Positions 13,124-27,998 are shown, counted from the first letter of the stretch. The stretch: 64,000 nucleotides of DNA from Takakia lepidozioides (GCA_030704615.1 CM060733.1:4092001-4156000), one strand, 5' to 3'. Notes: generated by a model from the sequence alone, not told the origin. Program-made: numbers and translations.

Positions 13124-16100
13124 GCAGAATATTAGGGATTCTTCTTTGGAAACACAGAATGTCAGTTATCAGATTGAGAGTTTCATTCTGAATCGGATTT
13201 GAACATTGGAGCTGAGGAAACCACTTTTGTGGGTGGTTTGCTAGCTAACCATTAGTGAGTCGTAAGATCTACTCCATTTCAACAGTCTCTGTAAACCTGG
13301 TGCTGAAGGATAGCATGTTGTAGCATTCATTCTGCTCAAAATGTATGCAAAAACATTAAGGTCCAAATGCCCTGGTTGCATACTGTTATCCAGAAGTGCA
13401 GTACGAGAACTTGTAGCTCTGCATTTAGAGATGTTATTATTGGATCTTGTGAATGGAATTTCGCTTCAAATCCTCATCGTCTTTGGTGCAAGGAAACGTA
13501 ACCTTATGTAATATAGAGCAGCAAATTCCACCGTCTCTTTTTTAGTCAATTATGACTAGAATTGCAGGCCCTACCATTCTTTGGCTCCACTGCTAACAAT
13601 GCGAGAAAAATCTGTTGCTGAGTGTTAATTAGATTTGGTCCAAGTCGGAGGTTGTTACAACTCCACATTGGTGAAGTCCTATCCTGCCACTCTACCCTGG
13701 CGTCTTTGAGGAACTGTAGGCACGGTTGAAACATCTGGTTGAGAAGTGATTTCGGACTGTGCCCTTACACAATCTAGACACAATTCTTTCTCAATTTGCA
13801 GCTGGTCACACATGATTCCTTTGGTGTCCAACTCAAGGAGATTCCGAGTCTTGGCACGAAGTATGCTCGTATCTTGAAACCTGTCTGCAAAGATGAGAAT
13901 GAGGGATATTTTGGAATTACAAACTGTGTACTAAACATGATTAACCAGCTCTGATATTGTCTCTGCTGCACACAAACCACTAAGATCTGTGTTATAATAA
14001 TTTGTTCAATAACATGTACGATTTTTCAATCCACGAGTTCAATCTTCCAAGTATTTGAAAATATGGATGTTCAACAGTCGCAAATGAGCTCAACAGATCG
14101 AGGTAGCTTCTTTAACATGAAAGCTGGTATAAGTTGTGCAGGTCTTTCTAGTAGCTAACTGCATTCACGAGGGACACCTAGGACGGAAACCAATTCAAGA
14201 TTTCTATCATCGTGGGGTTGCTGCCATTCTGAAGACTACCTCCGTCAAGTTCCTGGGAAGGGGGGGAGGGAGAGGGAACATACTCCAAAGCTCCCCAGAG
14301 TTGGTAGAGGACTTACAAGCACCTTCGACTTAGTGGACCTCTAGGCTCCAGGTTAACCTGCAAACAAACAAGATTCCTCATGTCTGGTCCACATAACAAG
14401 CAAACTTAAATTTATTCATGCTATAACCCGCATCAAAAGCAAACTTCCGAATTCAGAAAATCTCTAAACTGAGCATCCAAATAAGTGATTCAAAACTTTA
14501 AAAATATAAGAATTCCAAGTTATAGCATTTCTTACCAGGTCCTGATCCATACAATGCTTCCTATATTCCCTCTGTTCAAAGGGATGTCAGTTGGGATGCT
14601 CTATTGCAAGAGGTGGCCAGTTTGTGAGGTATCGCAAACCCAAAAGATCACGGGTTGTTGAACACCATACCCAGGCTGATGGCGAAGAAGAGATAGCTGA
14701 GCCAGAGGACAGGGGACAAGGAGGGGAGTCGGATGTGGAGGAGGAAGAAGATCATGGCAAGGAGAATGCTGAAATGCCTGGCACGAGCCTAGTTGCTGAA
14801 GATGATCTTTCTGTGCATGCAATGTCTACGATTCATAGGCGCTCCTCAAGAATGAGGAGGGAGAATCCAATCTTTAGCCCATAAACGCAACCTGAAACAG
14901 GTGACTCACCCCACCCAAAAGCTGAGTTGGGCGCTCAACTGTTTTGGTCATTGCGGTCTCTTTTATTTGTGCCATAAGCTCTCTGATCTCAGAAATGGTC
15001 TGCAACAATTTAGGGCTGTAGTTGTTTGCATTTTTGTCCCCTTGAGCATGGGTGCCTGGCCGCATCAATACTATGGTTTCCCCCCCAAGTCTTCACTGGT
15101 GACATTGCTATTATTAATCATGTACGGTCTCCTCCAGTTTCCTGTCATATTTTATGGTTGATTTCTGATGCAGAGGCTATATGTAAATCCTCCAGTATCG
15201 GGAGATATCTTTCATATTAAGCTTACTAGCTGGAGCCTGAAACCATGTGGTACATAGTAAAGTTTATCCAGAAAGTGATATCTTTCTGATTTGGTATGCC
15301 TGGATTTATGTGGTGTCTCCTGACCATTGTTCTAGCAAAATTGGCGAATCTTTTCTTTTCTCTAAAACAATTCTCGGTTTATTCTTTGCAGATGAGGATG
15401 GTGACATTGCCATTTCCGTGCGGATTGATGATGACCCCACCTACTTAAACTTTAGAAGAAACCCTTTCTCACTCTTTCTCCTCCCACTCATAAGGTCGAT
15501 CTAGGCAATGTCGTGTTGAATGGTTTTTTCTACTGAAAGAAGTCAATTGTGCCAAATTCCTCATCGCAAAATGGGCTGGACTGCACCTATGCCATACATC
15601 CTTCCATAGATTTGGAATCTTCCCTAATTGGTCATTTCCCTGGTCACTCTACTACTTGTCTTTTTGCAAAATACCGAATGTACTCAGAAGACATTGTTTG
15701 CCGTCCTATCTAGCTTTTGAACTCGGGCGATCATATTGCACATACAGGGTTCTTGGGAAATTAGTGGGGCATGCTTCTTTCCACAGTATCTACTGCCATA
15801 GATATTAAAGACCACTCTTTTTATTCTCAATTAAAGCTATGATTAATGGCAGGTATTGAAAGGCACTTTCACTCCCCCTGCAGTATGTCTCAGTGTGGAA
15901 CCTACTGACATCATCTCTTGCACCCAAAAATGCAATTTGTGTTTGGCTACTCTCCTGTAGTATTGCACTGGCGGTCCTGACTCGGATTTTAGTATAGGAC
16001 GCAGTCATATACAGGATATGAGCCCACCAGCATGCGCGCCATTCGTGCAGGGTTTGATCCTTATTACAACTGCTTAAACCCTAAACCCTATTCCACGATC

Positions 16101-17506
16101 TACCCTCGATCTACCACAGTATATCTTGCAGGATAGTGTAACCGAGTTATCATTATTCCCTTATTCTTAATGTCTCTGACGAACTTGCAGATAAGCAAAG
16201 CAGTTTGCATGGTGAAATATTGCTCAACAACAAGCAATGTTGTTGTATCACTGCAAGCTATGGGCATTAGTAGAATTTCGTAACTGACAACTGCACTTGG
16301 CAGATACAATCCGTATGTGCAGGCAAGGGGTCGCATTGACCAACTGAAGAGGCTTGGTCACAGTGTTGATAAGGTTGGATCTCATTTTTTACTTTGCAAG
16401 GGTGCCTTCAACAGGTTGTATTGATATTGCTGCAGCAGGAGTAGCAAAAGAAGTTGAACCTGAAAAACCAATCCCCATAAATGCTGGGCAGGTCGGATAT
16501 ACTGCTCATCCCATTAGCATCTTCTGATCTGTACAGGATGACGCTCACTTTCCTGGCAACAGCTTTCTCTTTTCCCTCCTTAAGTTATATGAGAAGGCTA
16601 ATGCCAAGGACAGTCCTTGATGTCTTGGACTTAGTGTGAGCCTATCAAATGGTGCTTAGATATCCTTGCGCATCAAACCGGAGAGGCCCACCTTAGTCTG
16701 GTTCCAATATTCAAAACACTCATCCCAAAACACTGTGTGACCTAGAGCAGACAGCCCGGCTAAAGATCATGGGCTGGTCATTAGTATGATGTACTTCCAG
16801 AAAATGCTTGGTGCGCTGTTGGACATGGCTGAATAGCAGGATATTCATCATAAAATCAAGCCTGAAGAAGTCGAGTTGGTGAGACAACTATGTAGCCAAT
16901 GGTGGCTGGGAGAAGTTCCTTGCTTATGAGGATACTTACCAGGTAGTTGTCGTCAAGAGTGTAACCAAGGAATGCTATTCTGAGAAGCGCATGCAGTTTG
17001 TTGGTGCTGCCACTACACATTGGCTCAAAATCAAGTGCCCAGTCATTGAGAGTTTGTGTTCATGCTGTCAGCTCGGTTTGCTGTTTCAAGGTGTGATATG
17101 AGGCTTTGGACGCCAAGTAGTAATCACATGCCACAAGAATTTGGTAGTAAGTCTAAATACCACACTTACTGGAAAGTGCTCCATCCTGCAGTAGTAAGTC
17201 TTAGTAGCCATTTGTTTGTCTCTCAGATCTCATGACTCTGATTCCCAATTTGTCATCCTGGCTGGAGCCAGCAATGCCAAGAATTTGAATGCTATACAAC
17301 CACTGATGTAGTCATGATGTGAACTCCAGACAGCTTTAGAGATGAAGGATGATGAGGGGGAACTGACATCAACTGTGGCTACTTTTGTTGGGCTGTAGGA
17401 TATTCTGGTGGGATTGCTGCGTTTGCGCAAGTGTGGGCACAACAACACATGCCCTGAACTTACTGGCAAGTGCTCCATCGTGCGGGAGCTTCATGTGGCT
17501 GGCACA

Positions 17507-18330
17507 GAGCAGTCTCCAAGATGACATCTGGTGAGATTCCAGCTTTGATCAGTTCAACATGGACCTCTTTGCCCTTTTCTAAGTTTCCTAGGCTGGCACA
17601 TAGTTAGGCATCAACCCTTTGTGCATCATTTGCTCATACATCTCAAGGGCCTCTCTACCACACCTAAGCTGAGCATATCCTGCGATCATTGCACTCCATG
17701 TGACTACATTTCGCTTAGCCATGTTGTCAAACACTTGATTTGCGTCCTTTATGCTCCCACATTTGGCATACATGTCAACAAGTGTGTTCTCAAGAATGAC
17801 ATCCGGTGCAATGCAACTTTTCCTCATGTCTGCATGAATTTCTTTCCCCTTTTCCAGAGCTCCTAGTCTGGCACACGCATTGAGAACACAGAATGTTACC
17901 TTGTCGGGCAACACTCCTCTATCATCTGTTCATATATCTCCAAAGCCTCCCCACCACACCCATGCTGAGCATAGCCTGCAATCATGGCATTCCATGAACA
18001 TTTCGTGTAGTCATATTGTCAGACACTTGACGTGCATCCTTTATGCTCCCGCAAGGGCAGTCTCCATAATCGTATCTGACTGAATTCCAGCTTTGGCAAT
18101 GACAGCATGGATCTCTTTGCCTTTCTCCAGGGCTCCTAGGCTGGTACACGCATTGAGAACAGAAATGAAGGTTACCTTGTCAGGCGTCACCCCTCCCTGC
18201 ATCATTTGCCCGGAGATCTCCACAGCCTCCCTACCACACCCACACTTGGCATATGCTGATATCATTATAGTCCAAGTAAACAAATTCCGTTCAGGCATTT
18301 CGTCAAAGACTTTGCGTGCATCCACCACAC
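17507..18330 (-). pseudogene. PLS-class PPR gene fragment
   Basis: Repeats such as [33 protein letters not shown] and NVVTWSAMIAGYA spread over several frames; truncated at both ends. Confidence 0.85.
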
Positions 18331-18955
18331 TCCAATTTGAATCAAACTACATCCTTTATCATAGCCCGTATCCCCAATTCAGTCCAGGCAACGTCTCTTA
18401 GAGCCCATCTCTATGAATTTCTTTACTCCTCTTGGTAGGACAAAAATAGCTCACCAGCACGGAGCATCAGGTTTTAGGACAAGTCTTTGGCAGAGCAAGG
18501 CTGGATTTCACCAACACTTATTCAGTATGCAAGTAATTGATCTCCATGTCACAGCCCACATGGCCGATGAGATGCATTTCTTTGGTGAATGTCACTCAGT
18601 CGAGGCCACTCATTTTTCTGCACCTCCAAGGTCCCTCCCCAGTCATGACCCTGTCCATAAACCTCGCCTCCCCTCTGGTGGTTTCCACTGCCCCGCAATC
18701 CCATGACTGATTCCAAGAAAACCAATGCTTCCCTGTTAGAGGAGTTTCAGAAACAACACAATGGCTTGCCTACTTCTTCATAACCTGGTGGGGCTGAAAC
18801 CCCAAAACGAGCTCAACAAAGAACCCTCAAGCTATGCTAGATATTCATAGTCTGGCTTTAGATGTCGAAGGGTGGAGCCTCGGCACAAGCGTGTTGTAAC
18901 ATGTCCGATAGAAAAGACTTATCTTTTTACAATCACCTTTGAAATCCGATTTACA

Positions 18956-20911
18956 ATCCGCCAGGGCGATCCATTAGGGGGACCTCTTTTTGCTTTTGCC
19001 CACTTCCGAGCCCTTCCTTCATCTGCGCAAGCCTTCCAATCCTGTATATTTCCTTCTATTGCTGATGATACCCACATCACTGGCCCTCCCACTGATATCC
19101 TTTTGGCTTTCCATCACTTTGCTACCCAACTTCACTCTCTTGGGCTCACTGTTCAACCTCGCAAATCCACAGTTTGGTCACCTTCTGGTTTGCCTTCAGA
19201 TTTTGTGCCCCCTGTCGACTTTCTAGCACCATCTGAGGGTATTCGAGTGTTAGGTGTTCCCTTTGGTAGTACCTCTTACACAACATCTTTCCTCCAAGAC
19301 GCTTTGCTACAGGATTCAAGCCATATAGAGCTTCTTCCCAAACTAGGCGATATGCAGGTAGCCCATGGCATTCTCACCAAATGCTTTTTACAGCGACCTT
19401 CTTATCTTTTGCGTTGTTTTCCCCCACTCCCTAGTTTGTGGAGCTTTTGTCTTCTTTTGATACGACTGTTAGGGGGATTTTTGGTCGCTTGTTAGGCCCA
19501 GATGCATTTGATAGTGAGCAGGGGCCCTTGGCATGTCGTCAGGCTACCCTCCCGATCTCTTCTGGAGGAGTGGGTTTACTATCCACAGTTGTCACTGCCC
19601 CTGCTGCCTTCCTAGGTAGTTGGGTTTTAGTCGCTCCAGCCTTGGCATCTCGGTTTCTGTGTCAGCAATGCCCTTTTCTCATGGAGGTGGTTGCCCACAT
19701 CGACGATGGCTCTTTGTCCTTCCAGCAACATCTTCGTTCAGCGCGGGATCTCATCCCAACACCAGCACGGGCTTGTCTGCCACCCTTTGAACAGTTGGTC
19801 ACTCAAGGTCTGGAGCATTTACAGGATACCATCATGGAACGCGTGCACCGACACTCATTTGCCAGCATGCTTTCCGACGCTCCTTCAGATGCACATCGGG
19901 CCAGACTTCTCTCGTGCGCAGGGTCCGGAGCAGGCGCATGGCTCATGGTACGACCAACCATTGCACCCTTCCGTATGTCTTCTGCTGTATTTACCACCTC
20001 CCTACGAGTTCGACTGGGTCTTCCGCATCCCTCTGTGTTAGGATTTTAACAGTGTGTTTGTCGCCATCCTCTCGATTCAGTCGGCATACATCTTCTTCGT
20101 TGCCCCTGCGGTGGAGAACGCATTGCGACCCATGACGTCATCCGGGATGACGCAGCTGCGTTTGCTCGTGATGCTGGGATACATGTCATTCGAGAGCAGG
20201 TGCACATACTCCCATCGACCCACAATCACCATTCCACTTGACGACGGGTTGACATTGTTCTCACAGGACGGACTGCGTACATTGGCGGCCGTTGTCATCG
20301 TTTATCCTACTAGGTCGGATCTCTTGCCCCGCATAGCCTCATCACATGGAGTTGCCCGTTCAATAGCTGTGCAGGGAAAGGAACATGACTATCGGGCACG
20401 TCATTCCACAGACACATTCCTTCATTCCTTCATTAGTTCAACGAGTTCCTTCGCACATTTGCCCATCGTGCAGCAGAAAACAAAAGCCTTGGTAATCCAT
20501 ACGCCTCTGTTCTTGTAGCTTTCTTTAGACAACGAGTTTCTGTTGCTTTGCAAAAGGCTCAAGCTCAATCTATTTTATGTCTGCCGGCTTCATCTCGCCT
20601 CCCCGCACTCTCTGATCCACCCTCTTTCCTGTTGTCTAACCTTCTTAGACTGTAGGTGATACTAGAATAGTTTGATTTCTTTATTTGTGTTAATATATGT
20701 AGCTCTACGAGCTTTGGTTGTTTCCTCTTGGGGACAGTTACACCCATTTGTACAGTCACCCACTTGGGTCTTTTTATAAGGCTATGCAGGATTACATTTG
20801 AAATCAATGACTTGAGTCGGGGCAGTGAACTGTTCGTGGTCTCTCCTTAAGGAGGAGCCAATAAAGATTTCAGGGCTACAATCCCCCTGTTCTGTTAAAA
20901 AAAAAAAAAAA
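18956..20911 (+). mobile_element. 5'-truncated non-LTR retrotransposon of CRE-like type (RT, CCHC finger, restriction-like endonuclease)
   Basis: RQGDPLGGPLF, SIADDTHI, GIRVLGVPFG, LPISSGGVGL, GAGAWL..P, LRVRLGL, CVC..HLLRC..GERIATHD, R.DI. AATAAA at about 20859 and poly(A) at 20896-20911 may be its tail. Confidence 0.75.
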
Positions 20912-21699
20912 CGACCTCAAAGGTTAAAAAGTACATAAAGTTATTTAAGTAACTTGTCAAGCCATAATAGCTTCTAGCTTCTACCCTATACAGGATTGTT
21001 TGTGGGCGTTCATTTCTTCGCTACTTGATCAGCGACTAATGCACGAATTGAAGACTGAGATGCACATGGGTAGTTGCATAAGGTGAAGCAGAAATTGTGT
21101 GTGCTATCATCTTGGGATCCACAGCTGCTGCTCAGATTTCGCTTACACTGAAGTTTTGCCACATTTGTGCGGTACCATTAAAGAGTTGAAGCCTCAAGGG
21201 GTCGGACATCCATGTCTCATGAAGTGCTTTATTCGGTTGGACACACAGCTTTGTTTCGAGGAACCCATCGCAGAGATGGCAGCGTGCTCCAGCGCTCTTC
21301 TGAGCGAGAGGGGAGATGCCATATCCCCCTTTCTGCTCCTTGGGGTGAACGGTATCATGCAGCAGAGGCTTCTTATTATCAACACTGGCAGCTTTGGCGG
21401 GCTGTGATGTCAGACCCTTCTTCTTTCTAGATGGGCGTGTCAGGAATAATCAACCTTTCGTTGATTTCACAGACGGGCCTTCAGACTAGGAACGCGCGGG
21501 TGTTTTGGGCTTGAGGGTCGCAGCCGGGGGAAAGAAAAATCCTCCAGAAATTCCCAAATCTCTTTCTAGATGGACTGGTCACTGGCACCTCAAGAATTCT
21601 ACAACTTCGTCTAGGCTACCCACAATCTCTCCCCCTCTCCCCGCCTCATTATCACTCATCTCTTGTGCAAACCATGCCCTGTTTCTATCCTCTCCAGAG

Positions 21700-24196
21700 G
21701 TACCTACACTCGTGTGATGCTGGACCTATTTGCAGTGGTTCTAACACCTCCACCATCTCCACTGATTTTGAAAGAGGAGTCAACAAGAACGTTTCTGCAA
21801 CCTGTGGGTATGTGAGGACACTTTTTAAGGCAGTACGTCTCAAAGAGGGATCGCACAATTTGAACCAGCAAGGCATTCGGGCAGACTCCAGTTTTTACAT
21901 CTATCTCTTGAAGGAATGCATCAAGATGAAGGATTTAGCAGAGGGAAGGCAGGTGCACACACACATAAATCAAAGTGGGCTCAAGCCAAACATCCTGCTA
22001 CTCAATACACTTATCAACATGTATGGCAAGTGTGGGAGCCTGGTGGATGCGCGCCGGGTGTTTGAGACAATTCAAGAACGAACCTTGTTTACCTGGAGTA
22101 TAATGATAGAAGCATATGCCAAGAATGGGTATGGTATGGAGGCGTTCGAGATCTATGAACAAATGCAACGGGAAGGGGTGAAGCCTGACAGGGTTACCTT
22201 CACTTGCGTTCTCAATGCATGTGCAAGTCTTGGTGCCCTTAAAAAGGGCCAGCAGGTTCATGCTGATATCGCCAAAGTATAATTGCACCAGATGTCATTC
22301 TGGAGAATACCCTTGTTGACATGTATGAAATGTGGAAGCATGAAGGAAGCGCGCCAAGTGTTCGACAATATGGCTGAACGTGATGTGGTCTCATGGAGTG
22401 CGATGGTCGCAGGATATGCTCAGCATGGGTTTGGGAGGGAGGCTTTGGAGATCTATAAGCAAATGCAACGGGAAGGGGTGACACCTAACAGGGTCACATA
22501 TAGTAGCATTCTCAATGCATGTGTTAGACTAGGAGACCTGGAGAAAGGCAAAGAAGTCCATGCCGATATCATCAAATCCGGAATTCCGTCATTTGTTCAG
22601 TTGGAGAATGCTGTTATTGACATGTATGCGAAATGTGATAGCATGGAAGATGCACGTCAACTGTTCGACAATATGGCTAAACGGGATGTGGTCTCTTGGA
22701 GTGTGATGATTGCAGGATATGCCCAGCAGGGGCATGGTAGGGAGGCCTTCGAGCTTTATCAGAAAATGCAGCAGGAACAGGTGACCCCAGACAGGGTCAC
22801 ATTCATTTGCATTCTCAATGCATGTGCCAGCCTAGGGGCCCTGGAAAAGGGCAGAGAGGTCCATGCCGACATCATCAAGGCTGGAATTGTGTCATATGTT
22901 AATTTGGAGACTGCTCTTGCTGACATGTATGCCAAATGTGGGAGCATGAAGGATGCACAGCAAGTTTTTGACCACATGGCTACACGGAATGTGGTCTCAT
23001 GGAGTGTGATGATGGCAGGATATGCCCAGCATGGACATGGTAGGGAGGCTTTCAAGCTCTATGAGCAAATGCAATGTGAAGGGGTGACACCTGACAGGGT
23101 CACATTCCTTTGCGTTCTCAATGTGTGTGCCAGCCTAGGTGCCCTGGAAAAGGGCAGAGATGTCCATGCTGACATAATCAAAGCTGGCATTGCAAAATGT
23201 GTTAGTTTGGAGACTGCCCTTGCAGACATGTATGCAAAATGTGGGAGCATGAAGAATGCATGTAAAATATTCGACAATATGACTGAACGGAATGCTGTCT
23301 CATGGAGTGCAATGATTGCAGGATATGCCCAGCATGGGTGTGGTAGGGAGGCTCTCCAATTATTTGAACAAATGCAACAAGAGGGCTTGAAGCCGGATGG
23401 CATCACCTTCACTTCTCTTCTTTCGTTGTGTAGCCGTGCGGGCTTGGTGGAAGAAGGCCAACACTATTTTGAATCCATGGTCCAAGACCATGGTCTCAGT
23501 CCTATGGTGGAGCATTTTGGCTGCATGGTTGACATTCTTGGCCGTGCAGGGCAATTGGCTGAGGCAGAGGACTTTATTATCGGAATGCCAATCAAAGCAG
23601 ATGCTGGGGTGTGGAGGGCTTTGCTTGGTGCCTCTAGAATTCATGGTGATTTGGAGGTAGCGGAACGTGCGGCAAAGAGCATTCTCCAGTGTGACCCACA
23701 TCATCTATGCTGCAGCAGGTAGGTGGGATGACAAAGCAAAGGTGAGGAAAATGATGGAGGACAGGTGTCAGAAAGGAGCCAGGGCAGAGCTGCAATAAGG
23801 TCAACAACCAACTGCATACATTCATTTGGAGAAGACAAATTGCATCCCCAAATTGAGGAAATCCATGCTGAGCGGAAGAGAGTAGCTGGGCAGCTGAAGG
23901 AGGCTGGGTACCTGCCTGACACACACTTTGTATTGCATGATGTAGAGGAGGATCGAAAGGAATTGTCCCTTTATCACCACAGTGAGAAGCTTGCTTAGCT
24001 TATGGGCTCATCCCCATGCCCCTTGGGACGCCTATCCATGTCATCAAGAACCTTTGGTGTGGTGATTTGGTGTGGTGATTGCCACACCGCAACTAAGTTC
24101 ATTTCAAAGATTGTTGGGTGCACAATTGTGGTTTAGGATGCCAACCGCATTCACAATTTCCAAGATGGGGTTTGTTCTTGTGGAGATTATTGGTAA
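21700..24196 (+). pseudogene. PLS-E-DYW PPR RNA-editing factor pseudogene
   Basis: PLS repeat array, E domain (VWRALLGASRIHGD), GYLPDTHFVLHDV, HHSEKLA, CGDCH and CSCGDYW*. Disrupted by frameshifts at about 22280, 22330 and 23700-23810, and by stops in the DYW domain. Confidence 0.9.
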
Positions 24197-25948
24197 AAAA
24201 CATGCAACATGTACACTCCGAAAGCCTTTGATCTTGTCATAAATATTTAAGCGAAGTTGGAAGGAACAAGTCGGGCCATACTCAGGTCTGCACTTCCTGT
24301 ATGCTGCCAACAGCAATGATCATGGAACCACAACATTGATGTTGCTAAAACCTGTATGGAGGATTTGTTAACAGATTGCAGACGAAAACGACATAGAGCT
24401 TCATGTTTGGGGGTTTGGACTTACGTGGATTCTCAAAACATCAAGGACGTTGAATATGAAGAGGGCGATTTTCTGTGGACTTCACAGAGTTCACACTAGC
24501 AGAGTCAGTCCCAAGACGGGAGCAAGCGTGGATTATGGTGTTATTTCACCCCTGAAAGGAGCTATTGTTGGGCCTTCCGTTGGGAATATGGACACCCTCT
24601 AACGACCATAACCAGGGCAACAGCTTCTCCCAAGGACTTGAAAGCCTCAGTTATCCACACATTAGTTGACCAAATAATCCAATGATCTTTTCTTTAAGAC
24701 CTGGGTTGGCTGTAATGGATGACATCTACAAGTGATTCCGTGGAATAGGAATATAATCCAAATATCCTAATTGTAGCTAAAAGGGCCGGATTATAAATCT
24801 TGCAGACTTTGGAAGGGATCAGACACTTGAGCCGCATATCCATAGCAAATCCCAGAATACTTGTATTCAAGGGCTCTTATGCAGAAGCTCTGTGCCAAAT
24901 GAGTGCATCTTGGCTTCCCAGCTGCCTGGCCAGTGGAGAGGGCACAATTTGCCACTGCTCGGATTCGCCTGAATTTGATACAGAGGTTAACTGGCGTTCT
25001 GTCGAAGAAAGTCATGTCGAAGAAAAGCAGTCAGCTAGGCTTAAATTTGACAGGTGATTCATGATTATTAGTTATGGTGCTACATACTGGGACTGAAGCC
25101 TCCCTCTCCGTCCTGTGATCTGCTTCGATGCCTCCCCTATTGCTCGTGCTGGGGCGGCGTGAACAAGTGATTGCCTGCTGGTGTTTGTGCACTATGACAA
25201 GAAGAAACATGCTGGGCAGCTTTTTCGGATTCTGATGAGTTTGAAACAAAGGATCCATCCAATGTAATCTCTCAAAATCAAGGTGAAATTTCTAATTTTC
25301 TCGGGGGTACACATTCAGCTCCTTGACCTGCTCAATTGAGATAAAGAGCAATTGCTGTAGTTAGATGCTTCAATTGTGAGGGGGTTGGAGATTAGGAATA
25401 TAGTAATCTAAGATGATTTCCTGAAAGAGAGAGGAAGATATATAGCGGCATCAAGGACATGTAAGAGACCGCTGCTCATAATAGGCACCAACCCTTTTCA
25501 TACCCACACTTGTAGTTTGAATGTTTTGCGACCTCTGCACCTCACCTGCTTGCCATGAATTACAGAATCTTGTCCCATCATGTTAAGAGTGAATGATTGG
25601 AGCACAACCTTTGGAGATAAAGGAGCACTTGGTTTGGTTAAATCCAAATAAGATAGTAGTCACACAAGGCAGAGTGTTTGCTGATAATGAGTTTCTCACA
25701 AGGTATACCCTGTTCATGGCCGGGAGTCTGACAAGCTGCAACATCAGGTTGCATATACATGTGTGCACCTGGGTGGCTTGTGCAGTGGATAAGCTAAACA
25801 TGCATACATGAGTGACATACTGAAGCATAGTAGTCATTTCAAGTGACTTACAGCACTGCACTTCAAAATTTGTAATTGGTTAGTGTACATCTCAAGGGTC
25901 TGGGGTGGGTGCACAGGGATATGGTACACTTTTGATGGAAGAAACTGA

Positions 25949-26065
<117 letters not shown>

Positions 26066-26439
26066 TAAGTCAAATAAATTGAAATCTTGTGGTACACATA
26101 TTGACAGTAGAAGTGATGAGAGCGGCTCCATAGCTTCAGATGATAGAGATTTTCGTTTTGAATGATACTAAGGAATGACCATAAATGAGGAGAAGCTCAA
26201 GATAGGAGTATTGACAATACTGGTATAGACAATATTGCTGTGTGGATGCTTGGCACTGAAAAGGAGGAGTCCAAGGCTTAGAAAGAAACAGAATAAAAAC
26301 AACCATAACTTACTTCATTGAGGAAGCCTAAGAAACTATACTCTGTACATTATAGTTTTGAAGCGGAATTCTCTCTTTTACATGGATCAAATTCCCACTT
26401 GCTCACTTGCATGGATCAAATGCAAAAGAGAGAAAAAGG

Positions 26440-26664
26440 CACCAGAAATATCGATTGAAACAAATTTGGATTTTAATGTCATTTCAGCAAGCCTATGTCA
26501 TTTCAACAAGTGCTGAAATGACATCTATCCTATTACTCGTCGTTTCAACGGAGCAATGTCGTTTTGTACATATCGTTCAACATACAGCAACATATTTTGT
26601 TGGAAAGACATTCAGAGGAAAATGTTTTTTCAGCATGTCGTTTCAACAGTGTTTTGCACTAGTG
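26440..26664. mobile_element. CACTA element terminus with subterminal repeats
   Basis: Ends in ttttgcactagtg (reverse complement CACTAGTGCAAAA), preceded by several gtc(g/a)tttca(a/g)c repeats in both orientations. Partner end not found in the window. Confidence 0.55.
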
Positions 26665-27965
26665 CGAGCTGACTAATAATTAAGATTACCTTCTCTCCCA
26701 ATCACTCTCCCCATGGATACATGAGATCTGAACATTATAACTTCCATGAACACCCAAAACTAGTGTGTACACTCTCTATCAACTCGATAAACTTTTGACA
26801 TGTAGATTCAAATTAAATCACATGTACAACTGAAGAATTCTCATTTTCAGTAGGGGATCAAGGTTAGCAACAGGAAGATAGATATGACCATCCTCGTAAC
26901 CATCCAAAGCCATTAATAGCGCCAGATACTAAGCTGCAGTTGGAACAATTAGTCTGGTCTAACGATGTTAAGCATTTAATCCTTGCCAATCAGGAACATT
27001 ACATCGGCTTTCGAGATCTAGAACGCTAACTGCACCTAGGATGTAGCATACTGTTCTGCTGCAGTGAAGAGGCTGAGGGCCACACCCTTGGCTCCTTGTA
27101 GACTATGAGGACCTTCGCTACACACCGAATAAACTACACACTGAAAAATGAAAACAACCTCCATAAATCTTGATTTCGCTCAACACACTATAACTGATTT
27201 CTAGGCGCTGGTAGCTGGCTGGCTAATCCATATATGGCGTGCTGTACACTGTCCAGACTTCTCTACCGATATGCTTACCAAACACAGGTACAGCATTCTG
27301 CAAACAAGACATCCTTCTCCAACCAACTTCCATGATCGGCCGCGTTGCCAACACGGTCAGACACTGAATCGCAGGGATGGCATTAATATCCAGAGAGGGA
27401 GAAATAACATGAATGCTTCTAATCCGTGGTGTTTTAGTGGGTTTCACGATCCGGAACATACTACAAGTATACAGAGCTGGACACACGTGAGACTGCTCCC
27501 AACCAGTGATACCGAGGTCTTCAAAACACTGCACTGCAGCCTGATCTTCAACACAATTAAGGACCGTAAAATTGAAAATGTAACCACTTCTGGACAATAG
27601 AGCACTTACGTGAGAGAAGACAAAACGTTTGGGTGTCCACAGCCGAGGGATGTTACTCAGACATCGACAAGATTGGGGATCGCCGGACGTAAAATATTTC
27701 TACAAGATGGTGGTCTCATTTCTGAGCCTTCGTTCTCCACGATCCTTATCATTTCACTCGCTGAAGGGGAGACTTACTTGAGTTCTCAGGAAATAGTAAT
27801 CTAACTGCCTTAGGCAGTGTCCGGTCCATACACTAGAGCTACACGATGATCGCCATCGAAAGGAGAATTTCTGATCGCAAGAGCATAGAAAATGGGCACC
27901 TCATGGAAGCTGCAGGACATCTGACTTTGCAATACACAGCAACAATATCAATGTCCACTTGATTT

Positions 27966-27998
<33 letters not shown>

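Noticed and set aside
13680-15800. Possible minus-strand exon remnants and gag/integrase-like fragments
   Set aside because: Stops in all frames and no diagnostic motif.
15805-16008. Minus-strand ORF containing KIRVRTASAI, resembling the ELP3 motif KPVRTASGI
   Set aside because: It is the antisense reading of a real plus-strand ELP3 exon, so the resemblance is coincidental.
22759-23704. Long antisense ORFs over the PPR arrays (also 50046-52071)
   Set aside because: Shadow frames of repetitive PPR coding sequence.
24370-25740. Exon-like open segments between the PPR pseudogene and the last ELP3 exon
   Set aside because: Could not be assigned to any family or joined into a frame-consistent model.
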